From Azolla caroliniana (lineage: Eukaryota > Plantae > Polypodiophyta): a stretch of 64,000 nt of DNA. Below, in pieces: positions 11,379 through 22,322 of the stretch (position 1 is its first letter; each line of letters starts with the position of its first letter). The translations under genes were made by a program, and so were the position numbers. The stretch lies in NCBI GenBank assembly GCA_043228905.1, contig JBHGNT010000014.1, forward strand, positions 7,502,001-7,566,000. The letters are read 5' to 3'. Under the pieces are notes generated by a model. It worked only from the letters and a program-made list of their open reading frames with translations, made no database searches and was not told the DNA's origin.

Positions 11379-12760
11379 CTAGGGATTAACAGTTGTTGGT
11401 GGAGTTGCCTGTTGCGCCGTAGTCGCGTTACTTTCCAACTCCACGATGCGTTCATTGGCCTTTTGTAGCTCGGCTTGGGTCAGTTTAACCTTTTTCCAGA
11501 CATTTTTATTTTTAATCACCATATCCTTGGTGCCCATACTGACCTTTGTTAGTTCCCTATGAACTTCAGCAAGGGCCGCGTTTAATGGGGGTAGTTCCAT
11601 CCCCATACGGCGTATACTGGCCTACCGACGTTCCTCTACCTGCTGACTCTTGCTAACTGATCCTCATCGTCGCTTTTCGTCGTTTGTGTTAACGTGCGCT
11701 CGATCATTTGGTGCTCCGCGTGCTCGTCGGCCATTCGTTGTGAGACTTTTATCTATGGCATTGCCAAGAATTCCATGAGTTCAAAAGTGGTTCCGAATTG
11801 TAATAGTGCGTCGAACTCATGGGCCGTGTCCAGAATGTCCGGATACGCCAAGACCTCGCTTTCCGCCGTCAATACGGCTTTCCCCCGCTGTGACTGGGCT
11901 GTAATGATCAGCCGTGGTTCTCGGATTACTTCGAAGGTGGTGTTGGGCTCCGTAGCTATGGAGCTGTCGCCCACGGTTGTCATCTTCGTGGCCGCGAGTG
12001 TGTCTTTAACTAACCCATGCCCATCCTTCCTATCTAGCCTCCGCCGTTTCGGCCTCGGGCTTCCTTGGCATGTCTCGGCTTCCAGTTCCTGTGCAGGTTC
12101 CTCGTTGTGCTCCACCCATTCTTCCTGTGTTGTTCGTGTGTTGGGCTAGGGTTCATCCTCCCACTCTATGGAGGCCAACTCTGCTAACCTTCGCTTCGCG
12201 GATTGTGGCTAAGGCATGGGTTTGCTAGCCTGGGGTGCGGGCAGACCTCGGGGTGGGAACAATATCGTTAGATACCATTGTATTATAGGACTTAGCTTTT
12301 TTCCTCCTTGATACGCGTGCAGGCCTTCTCATAACGTCGGTCCTGTAATGACCCCCCAATTGACCGTACGCCCTTCAAAGGTATCAATGATGATACTTGC
12401 CTTCTGCTTGGGCCTCCCATATGCGTTTACATGTACACATCCGACCTCCAATAGGAACTTGGCGATTTCGCGAAAAAAGGGATTTGGGATTTCCTTCGTT
12501 CTATATGCTTTGGCAAATGACGAATATGGACCGAAATAGCTCTGCAAAGATTCCGCAGGAGGGATTTCGAAATGCCTTTCACCTAGTGATGATAGGTTCA
12601 GCTTTTTCCGGATGGATGAGTTGGTGACCGTGTCAATGTTGAGCTTCCTAGCGATGTCCAGTGCGTCAGGGTGTGGAGGTGGCTCAACGACTCTGATGTA
12701 CCCATCCAAGTGTTTCTCCATGAGCCATCGACGCAAGGCGGCAGAGATGGGTATCGGCAT
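11379..12760 (-). pseudogene. 3' extra ORF of element C (shorter relative of the D eORF)
   Basis: MPIPISAALRRWL...YFGPYSSFAKAY...FREIAKFLLEVG...VNWGVI, then an NLS-like PRPKRRR and a coiled-coil end. Same strand as pol and downstream of INT. Confidence 0.75.
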
Positions 12761-13100
12761 AGTCGTAATAGGCTCGTAGCTAATGGGTGAAGACTGTTGG
12801 TTGCGGCGAGTTTGAGCTCTGTGATAGGATGGAGAAGAGGGTGAGGAAGCGGAGCAATGAGAGCGAAGAAAGTTAGAAGGTTGATTTCTGTATTGTGCAA
12901 AAAACCTTCTATTTCCTTCTTTCTGTGGCCTAGGGTTCATTGGTCGGTGAGCCATCGTGGTGCCGCGTGTTCTTGGCCTAGAAGTCTGTGCATGCCTTAA
13001 GTCCTTTTAATAGCGTCACTATCTTCTCTCTTCTTCTTCTTTTTCGTAACGATTACTTACAATATTATTTTTACACTATAGTACAAGTGGGGCCTTATAT

Positions 13101-14830
13101 TTACTCCGCAGATTCTCCAGCTTTGTCCTGTCCGGCGGGGAACGGGTTAGGTGGCGTAGGTCCCAGATAAGGTTTAAGGCGAAACCCATTCACTTTTTGT
13201 CGTAACACTTCCCCGACCAATGTGCCTAGTTGAAACGTGCACTGTTCTGCTCCCACTATCCAGTACGGGCCTATCCAACGGAATCTTAATTTTCCTTGCA
13301 TATGCCCCATGCGTGTTTGGAAAACTAATACCGGTTTTCCAACCGTAAAATCTTTTTCACGCACATGCTGGTGTCGATTCACGAATGCTTTGCACCGCCG
13401 TTGTTCCTACTCTAATATGGCCATATTGCGTAGCCTTGTTTCTCCTAGCTCTCACAGTTGCTATAGCCGTACTTGTTCGGATTTGCCCTCTGGTAGCCGG
13501 GCTCGTACTTGAATCCGCAGACTAGGTACCTGGAATTCAATTGGCATCATGGCCTCCAGACCAAATGCTAGCCTGAACGGCGGCGTTGATTGTATGTTGG
13601 TCTTATAGCTGGTATAGTATGCCCATAACGCATTGTGCAACTGGGTGTCCCAATCTGTCCTGTTCTCATTGACTATCTTTTTGAGGATAGTTTGTAAGGT
13701 TTTATTCGTGGATTCCACCAAGCCATTTGCCTGCGAATAATACGACGTACCTTTTTTGTGCACCACAGTGTAATGTTGGGTCAGTTCCCTAATGACCGTA
13801 TTCAGAAAGTGACTCCCTTGGTCACTAATGAGCTCGATAGGGCAGCCGAAATGACACCAGATGTGTTCATAAAGGAATTTCACTGTGACTGCCGCGGTAT
13901 TCTTGCGTAGTGGTTTCCCTTCTACCCACTTGGTACAGTAATCTGTGGCCACCAGGATGTACTTATTGCCTGTTCGAGCGACCACCGGGGTAAAGGGTCC
14001 CACGAAATCTAACCCCCACTTTTGGAAAGGATCTAGTGGCAACACTGGTTGGTGTGGCATTCATGCAACTTCCGTGGGCTGGCCTAGTCATTGGCATAAA
14101 TTGCACTGTCTGCAATATTCATACGCGTCCTTTTGCGTCATCAGCCACCAAAGTCCTGCTTGCCAAATTTTCCGGGCCGTAACATCGCCCGCGTAATGTG
14201 CTCCCGCCGTACCACAGTCGGCTTCACTTAGAATTGCGGCCTTCTCATCCTGCCGTATCCCGCGCCTCCAGATGTCGTCACTGCCCTTGTGGTATAGTAT
14301 GCCTTCTACTAAACAGAAATTTCGACTTCGTACGGCCAACCGTTTTTTCTTGTCCATCCGTAATTGGGGTGGCGGTAATCCCATGGTCAGGAAGTAGGTC
14401 ATTTCCATGAGCCACCGATCCGGGAAAGTCTTTTCCGTTCGTTCTGCTAGCGTTGCTACCCGTAGAACGTCTGCATCCGGAATGTCTTCTTCATCCTTCT
14501 GCACCGTTTCTCCATTATCAAGTCTGCTCAAGAAATCTGCTACTACGTGTTGCATACCCGGGCGGTGCTGAATTACAAAGTCGAATTCTTGAAGCAACAG
14601 CATCCATCTCGCCAATTTCCCCGTCAACACTTTTTTCCCTACCAAATATAGCAGTGCTGAATGATCCACATGGAATGTGAATTCCACCCTAGAAGATAAT
14701 GCCGAAACTTATTGATGTTGTAGATCATACCCAACGCCTCACGTTCCATTGTGGAATAGTTATGCTCAGTCGTTGATAATTTCCGACTAGCATAGTACAC
14801 TGGCCGGTACCAATGGTGTTATGCCCTTGG
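13101..14830 (-). pseudogene. RNaseH-integrase of element C
   Basis: [32 protein letters not shown]; PFQKWGLDFVGPF; ISDQGSHF; QANGLVESTNK; GPYW..VNGFRLKPY. Confidence 0.9.
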
Positions 14831-14839
14831 GTTGTGCCG

Positions 14840-16461
14840 CCATTTCCTCTGTTGGTACACGGACCTTGGTGCGTCCGCATCAAAAGTTGATACACTTGTG
14901 TTGCCAGCTCAGTTTGATATTCGCTGAACGAAGCGACGGTCCAATCAACATTTTTTGTTTGCTGACGTGTGGTGACTTGTTGTACTTCCGTCGTAATCGT
15001 ATTGACGACGAACCCCTTGCCCTTGCATACTGGGCATTGTGTGGCATAATGTCCGGGTTGTTGACAAACAAAACAATGGACACTAGATTCGCCCTTCTCG
15101 GCAACTGGTCGTGTGTGCCGATCCTCCGGTGTGACTTGCTCCTCCCGGTCCTGATTCGTTTGTCGGAGCGTACGCAGTGGTTACTATTGGTCCCGACGCG
15201 GTTCCTGGTGCCGGTCATCGTCCGAACTTTCGTCGTACCGATATTGGTCACGATACTGACGATGTTTTCCGCGAGGACCATTGAAGCCGCCACGTTTATT
15301 CGTCGGACGGTAACTCTCATAGCATCGACCCCCTTTAGTATTTCTGTGGTTGCCACGGTAGTCTTCATCCTCCGGCTCTTCTTCCTCGGAATCGTTGTGA
15401 TTCCAGCGATTCCGGTAGTGCCGGTCATCGTGTGGGTTCCGATCCATATACCGGGGTTGTTCGTCTTGCCGCCTTTGCTTATTACGGCGAGGGGGACGTT
15501 GTGTTTCCACGATGCGTACTGTGGGCGTGGATTTGTTCAACATATTGTACTCGCACTGCTCAACTGTGTGACCTTTGAGTGACAGATTGGGCAGTGGATT
15601 CGCTTGTTGCATTCAACCGCGGAATGCCCCGAATTTAAGCAAACTGTGCACTGGATTGCCTGGTGAAAATGTCGTTCCTCGTCCTAAGGTAACGTTTGTC
15701 GTAATGAGGACATGGAAAACCTTTCCTCTTCTTCGTCCAACTCGAGTTGTAGCACTCGTTCTATGCCCATATCGGCCGTTTCCCCTTTCACGCTATTGTT
15801 GTTGAGCGTTGTCCGAATCGGTCGTCGTAATGCTGCCAGAAATGTCTCCCGAGCCTCATCCTCCGTCGGGCCCCGTTCTAATTTCCGTCGTAGGTTTTGG
15901 AAGTGTAAATTGAAATCCGCTACCGTCTCGGCTGACAACTTTTTAATTGTGTAAAACTGCCCGAGGATGTCGCGTTGCGGCACCCTCCGATGAAAAAAAC
16001 GTAGAAAGGCTTACTACAGTTGGTCGAAGGTCGTGATTGTTGGCAGATCCATTTGCGAATGCCCAAACACCGCTCTCCCATCCAAGGTTAATCCGAACTT
16101 CGTCATTTTGGACTAGTGCGCTACTCCTTCGGAAAGGCTCTGCGCCATGTGGTTGGCATTCCAAACATTTAAGAACAGTCGAATGTGGGTTGCGGCATTG
16201 GTTCCTCCATTGAAGCGGGGATAAGAAAAGGCCATGCTAGATGCTACGGTAGGCAGGGAAAGACCACAATGCTTATGTGGTGAGTGCACTTCCTGCGTGT
16301 CGCCGAGGTATTTGGGGAGCGAGAAATCGTCTTTGTGGTCGCAACAGGTATCACTAAGGTCGTTGAGGCAGGGTTTCTTCCGTGCGCGCTCCTCTGCCTA
16401 CCGTGTGATTGGTGTGTCTGGTCGTGTTGGTTCTCTAGGTCGTCTGCGGCTAAACATCCAT
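14840..16461 (-). pseudogene. gag of element C (capsid-like region, R/D/N-rich linker, CCHC knuckle)
   Basis: YPRFNGGT..THIRLF; ETVADFNLHFQNL; ETFLAALR; CFVCQQPGHYATQCP near 15030-15075. Multiple frameshifts. Confidence 0.75.
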
Positions 16462-16978
16462 TCGTTGTTGTTCGTCTATGAGGAGACACAGATCACCAAG
16501 CATGCCAAAAGTGTTACCGATTAGGAACACGGTCTACGGTCAGTCCTTCGACCTAGACCTCAAATTGACTATGTTGCAACAAATGGTATGGTCGTAGCCT
16601 AATACTTAGTGGGATACCTCTCGTAACCTAGTAGCGTATAAGGGAGACGGCTACAACCGAACTCCTTAGACAGTGGACTAGCAACCACATTGTTACTCAC
16701 GCCTACGCTCTTACGACTACAGTACGCCACCAAGGATCACAGACACACATTAGATTAACCACAGATACACACAGATATCAGAGAAGATAGAACTCTATTA
16801 AGATACGCTTCTTACATTCAAATTACATGCTACCTCTATCAGAGGATTTCTGCCCTTTATATACATAGGGTCTTTTTAGCCGTTCACGCTTCCCGCATGA
16901 ACCGTTAACATGCATTACAATTTTACTATATTATATTCCTGTGCTCCTGTCCGTTGGTTACTATTTCGGCGGACAACA

Positions 16979-17445
16979 CCGGACCAAACCAAAATCGGGA
17001 TGATGAAGAAGGCCCTGAACCGGACCTTCTCCATGAAAGATTTGGGTCCGGCAGGACAAATCTTAGGGATGCACATCATTTGGGATCGAACGAAGAAGCT
17101 ATTGTGGCTGTCACAAGAAAAGCACGTGACAAAGGTGCTTCAGTTGTTCAACATGTCGTATGCAAAACCAGTCGGATCGACACTCTCGGCAAACTGCAAG
17201 CTATCTGGAAAGCAAAGCCTTAAGACAAAGGCATAGAAGACGGATATGATGAAGATACCATATGCCTTCGCTGTTGGGAGCTTGATGTACGCAATGGTGT
17301 GTACCCGACCAGATATCGAATATGCAGTCAGAGTGGTCAGTCGTTTCATGAGCAATCCCGGAAAAGAGCACTAGAACGCGGTCAAGTGGATACTCTGGTA
17401 TTTGAAAGGCACCTCGAGTATGTGCCTCTGATTCGGCGCTGGTGA
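16979..17445 (+). pseudogene. copia (Tork/TNT1-like) RT C-terminal fragment; host of element C
   Basis: KKALNRTFSMKDLG.A.QILGMHI; PYA.AVGSLMYAMVCTRPDI. Similar to element I. Confidence 0.85.
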
Positions 17446-18705
17446 AGGACTCAAACATCTTGTACCATTGGAGTGGAGCTTGTTTCAGACCATACAAGCT
17501 TTTCTTTAATCGACACACTAGGTTCTCTTTCCGTTTCTCCACAAAGCCTTTAGGCTGCAGCACGTAGATTTCTTCATCTAGCTCCCCATGTGAGAATGTT
17601 GTCTTGACATCCAACTAGAGCATGTTTCAGACCATACAAGCTTTTCTTTAATCGACACACCATGTTCTCTTTCCCTTTCTCCACAAAGCCTTTAGGCTAC
17701 AACACATAGATTTCTTCATCTAGCTCCCCGTCCAACTATTTGATCTCCAGGTCCATATTGGCAGCTATGCTCAAAACAGTTCTGATTGATGTCATCTTTA
17801 TGACTAGCGTGAATATCTCGTCAAAGTCGACACCCTTTTTCTTCTGAAACCTTTTCACCACAATACAAACTTTATATTTGGGTGCAATGTGGACTTCTCG
17901 AGTCTTCACCTTGTAGACCCATTTATTCCTTAGTGCGCTCTTCCCTTTGAGCAGCTCTTCCCTTAAAGACCCCTTTATTACAGGTCGTAAGTGTAATTTT
18001 CGTGCAAGGATTCCATCTCTTCTTGCATTGCACTGAGCCATTTCTCTTTGTGCTTGTTAGCTATGGACTCATCATAGCGCTCAGGCTCACCTTCATCAGT
18101 CATGAGGATGTATTGACTAGCATATGTAGTTGGTGCTCTCCTTCTCTAAGTGGGTATCTTCTTCCACTGATTGTCAGCTCTGGTTCGGATGTCTCTGCCA
18201 ACTCTTCTCTCGGCTCGGGTTCATACATGTTGATTGATTGCTCAGGGTTAGCAGACCCTGACTCGTATTCCTCAATCGAACTCAGTAGGTCTACTGACTC
18301 CGACTCATATGTATTGGTCGGTTGCTCTAAGCCGACTAACTCAGATTCGGCTGTGCCACCTGTCTGTCTCCGAACAGCCGACTGTGTTGGTTTGACTAGT
18401 CTTAAATGAGTGGTAGTGGGGGGCGACTAGGAAGTCAATTCCTACTTCCGTTGCTTCTAGTCCTCAATTGTCTTGTCTTCTAAGAAGACTACGTTATGAA
18501 TCCTTACCACCTTCTAGTCAACTAAGTCCCACAACCTGTAGCCGAACTCATCCTCAGAGTACCCCATGAATATGCATGGTTTCAACTTGATGTCGAGCTT
18601 TGACCTCTGATCCTTTGCCACATGCATATACGCCAGACATCCGAACACCTTTAGGTGTCGATAAGAGACATCCTTTCCTATTCACACCCTCTATGGGACA
18701 TCACC
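17446..18705 (-). pseudogene. copia INT C-terminus and RT N-terminal fragment, with a ~141-bp internal tandem duplication
   Basis: RNKWVYKVK..KYK..IVVK.FQ.KGVDFDEIF; MDVKT.F.HGELDEEIY..QP.GF..VCRLKKSLYGLKQAP. The duplicated block starts near 17484 and 17625. Confidence 0.85.
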
Positions 18706-18719
18706 TTGATAGAGAGAGA

Positions 18720-19221
18720 GAGAGGGATGAAGTTTGAGAAGCTGAATCAGATGAGGAATTTGATTTCGGGATAGTTGAAAAGGCCGAGGACGGATTGGAC
18801 AAGTGGAAGAAAAATGGCTAAGTGTAGACTAGCCAATTGCAAGGGGAGGCAAAGCTAAGAGTGGTAGAGTCGTGGACAAGAAGGCTAGGACTTGGGCTAA
18901 TATAATCAAGGACCTGAAGGAGGAAGAATCGGAGACAGCCAAAGTCGACGCTGAACCAGACGAGCCAATAGGTCGAGGGGCGCTAATTCCGCAAGGGCAA
19001 GAAGGCCATTGAGGGCCTTAGTAGCAAACAAGCCGACCGTGTAGGCCGAGGAGCACAGGATCGGACAGGTCGCGGAGTGTGAGCAAGAAGATAGAGAAGC
19101 CGGAGAAAAGAATCAGTTGGAGCGGACGAACCGACAAGACCTCAAGTTGAGCTTGAGGCGGGGTGTTTAGAAACAAGCTCAATATAGGCCGACAATTGTA
19201 ATGGAAAGTAGTTGTCTACGT

Positions 19222-19259
<38 letters not shown>

Positions 19260-19306
19260 TCTTAACTATCAATTGTTGTCTGTCCGAGCCGGTTGTGTCT
19301 CGTACA
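18720..19306 (+). mobile_element. Element K: 3' end of a copia (charged tail, PPT, short LTR remnant)
   Basis: KKARTWANIIKDL tail motif; CTCAAGTTGAGCTTGAGGCGGGG followed by TGTT at 19164, the same junction as element G. The LTR end is uncertain. Confidence 0.6.
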
Positions 19307-20493
19307 CAAAGCTTCCTCATACATAACTTTTTACACTCAAGATGTGCTTGAGGTTGAACGACCCCGAAGGATAGATTACGTAAGTTTTCCAAATTCAACT
19401 AAGAATTTGGTGGCACAAATCAATAATTTATGATTTGATGCTTCCTCATCACGATAGTGGATATCACCAACATTTTTTATTTATTGAAAATATTATTATC
19501 ATTCTCCCCAACTTGTGTATTTTTTGGTGTAATGGCAGAGTTATTAATGAAAAGTGAGTTATTAATGAACAGTGTTCTTCATTAGATTGTGTCTTTTTTT
19601 AATATGTTAAAATTTTCATCTAATGACACTCGTCCGAAATATTTTGTTGTAAGTGTGAGTAAGTCAGACATCGAGAGTGACACAAAAGTGACAAAGAAAG
19701 AGAAAGCACAAGAGCATGAGAGCAAGAATGAGAGGGAGATCACTATTTATAGGCTACAAAATAGTTGTTTTAGGGCATAGCTCTTTGATTGCGACGCTAA
19801 AACTGTCTCTCTTAACAACACGGTTGCAAAATGGGTCACTAACCACATCTCTAATGGTCTGGCACAACGATGGCACATAAACAACATCTTTACTAACACT
19901 ATTAACTCCGTATTTTGGTATCACCAACAACCAATTCTACTTTAGTATGTGTACTACAATTAAGGTTCAGCTTACAAAAATTGCATAAATGATGAAGTTT
20001 CAAGGATTGTGTAGCATTGGCATTGAGGTGTTCAAAATGAAAGCCATAATTATTATACAATGAGATCATTTGTTTTTAGGTGCAAAATGTTTTTGTTTTA
20101 TGTAAAATGACAGTTTATATTTATGCTACCAATACTTCATATGGATGAAAATAGTGGTGGATAAGGAAGGGAAAATTTATAATGGGATAGGAATGGTTCT
20201 AAAATGATGGGCGTTTTGGGTCGGAAAGTCTGGTAGCAAGGCCTTTAACCAAATCTTTAAGCGCCCCCCCCCCCCCCCCCCCAATACTCAAAACCTTTAG
20301 CCTTCTCATCTTGCTCCATACACCCTTGGTTTGTAGTTTTCATTCTTTGAACAATATTAATATAGTTATATTGTACATAGAACGTAATATTCGTGTTCGT
20401 GCAAGCATTCAAACGTTTGGAAACGAACACATTTGAAATGGGAAAAATACGTACTCGTTTTTTTTTCATTTATTGTCATTATAATTTATAAAT

Positions 20494-20930
20494 CAGCTCA
20501 CCGTAGTGGTAAGGGGTCATGCTATTGTTGTCTATGTCTTGGGTTCGATTCCCAAATTTCTCATTTGTCTCATTAGTACCATGTCATAACAAAATTTTAT
20601 GTTAGTCTTTATTATTATTATTATTATTAGAACTAAGCAAAACTTAGTGGTAAGTTGGTGTGCTATTATTACTTGTGTCTTGGGTTCAAATCTAAACTTT
20701 CTCATATCCTCTTGTTAGTGTCATGTTCCTTTTTCTTCTTTATCTTTCTTTCTTTGTTATTAGAAATTAGCTCACCCTTGTGGTGAGTTGTTATGCTACT
20801 ACTACCTATGTCATGGCAAAATTTTATGTTAGTGTCATGTTCCTTTTCTTTCTTTCTTTCTTTCTTTGTTATTAGAAATTAGGTCACCCTAGTGGTAAGT
20901 TGTTATGCTACTACTGCTTATGTCATGTTT
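20494..20930 (+). repeat. Four degenerate tandem tRNA/SINE-head-like units
   Basis: Units near 20494, 20635, 20768 and 20880 carry AGCTCACC.TAGTGGTAAG (A-box-like). The first two carry B-box-like GGTTCGATTCC / GGTTCAAATCT. No cloverleaf. Confidence 0.5.
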
Positions 20931-21119
20931 TCTTCATATTCTTGAATATACGTTTTTATGAGTTTTTGAACGTTTGATTATAATTTATAATGACATATTT
21001 TGATTCAATCTCTATAGTTCATACTCATTCAACATAATTTATAATGATATATTTTGATTCAATCTCTAAAGTTCATACTCATTTTTTTGTAAAGTTCTAA
21101 AGTGAGGATGATAGAGATG

Positions 21120-21235
21120 CCTTGATTCTTAAGAAACATCCCAAAAGTATGCATGTGATACAATGCAAATATTGCAACCATACTTATTTTGGTGGTTCAC
21201 AATGGATTAGAGTCTACTTATTAGGATTGAGAGTG
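21120..21235 (+). pseudogene. BED zinc-finger remnant (hAT-type transposase)
   Basis: Translates as HVIQCKYCNHTYFGGSQWIRVYLLG, matching the CxxC..FxGG..RIxxHL pattern. Confidence 0.55.
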
Positions 21236-21559
21236 AATCAATATATAATATAGACCATAGTCAATCCAATCCAACTTTGAGATGATTTACCATAGACGTT
21301 TGATTGAATCATTCTCGAATGCGAATGCACGTATGATATGTATGGTTCATTCTATGGTTATACAATGTGAAAACATATATGTTTTATACTTGGTTATTTT
21401 TTCACTTTTACGAGTCAAATATGTGTACTTAAATTGGTGTCTTTTGAGGGAATTTGATGTTTCAATCATGTCGAAAACCTTCCTCCTGTTTGAGCCAATC
21501 TAAAATCAATTAACAATCTAAAATCAATTAACTGGCATTACAGAGATGAATTCAACCTA

Positions 21560-22110
21560 CAAGCATGGTTTGATATTTTGGAGTTAGGGGAACACTCAAT
21601 ATTTCCTTCTCTTCGCAACATAGGTAGCCAATTTGATATAACTTATCTGTAGTTAGAAGTTTAATAAAGAAGGATGGGTACACATATGTTCTCAACAAAA
21701 AGATGAGAATACAAGAAAAACAACTTTTAGAGGATCAAAAGTTAAATACCCTAAATTAGATGAATACTTGTATCCTTCATTTGATGCATCTCATCAACTA
21801 TCAATTGCATTGCCGCCATTAGTCATTATGGAGAAGGTACAACAATTGTCTAGAGTAATGAATATTTTCTGATTAGGATTTCAAGACAACTTGGGTTTGG
21901 CTTAGGAATTTGTCATCGCCAATGTTTGAATACTGCGAGTTTGTATGGTCAACGGACTGGTAGTTGATCAAAATGACCTTTAATTGTTGGCTTCTTTGGA
22001 AAGGCTCTATGTTGTGGTCAATAAGTATCATCCTAGTTGTGTTTACAATATCGATAAATTTGGTTTGTTTTTTTGAATGATTCCAAGATGCATTATGTTA
22101 TGCAACAATG
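21560..22110 (+). pseudogene. pogo/Tigger-like (Tc1/mariner superfamily) transposase remnant
   Basis: KYPKLDEYLY..F (CENP-B-type HTH) and YHPSCVYNIDKFGLFF*MIP (equivalent of the N.DETGLF motif); heavily decayed. Confidence 0.6.
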
Positions 22111-22322
22111 TATATCTTTTTATTTGGACTTTGGCCGGCAGAGTATTCTAAGTAGCAAAATGCAAAAAGTAATGGTAAGATTGGGAGGGATGTTGTTGAT
22201 TAGAGAGAACTATAACCAAGAATACATGAAATATAATATGTAAGTATGTATGGTCTTGGAGAGGATTGTACGCACCAACCAAGCCTTACAAACTAGTCTA
22301 TTATGTCATAGAACAATTTTGT

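Larger units (their letters stand above)
11325..16978 (-). mobile_element. Element C: non-chromovirus gypsy (Athila/Tat-related) with 3' eORF; PR/RT deleted; 3' LTR displaced
   Basis: 5' LTR 16512-16978 (TGTTGTCC...GTAACA, TATA on minus strand at ~16860). PBS TGGCATGCTTGGTG at 16494-16507. Then gag, RH-INT, eORF and a PPT remnant (CAAAGGGG) ending at 11325. Confidence 0.8.

Noticed and set aside
14821-15582. 253-aa very hydrophobic plus-strand ORF resembling a membrane or env protein
   Set aside because: It is the antisense shadow of the R/D/N-rich gag linker of C; no independent support.
20494-20560. tRNA gene
   Set aside because: A/B-box-like motifs are present, but there is no acceptor or anticodon stem pairing.
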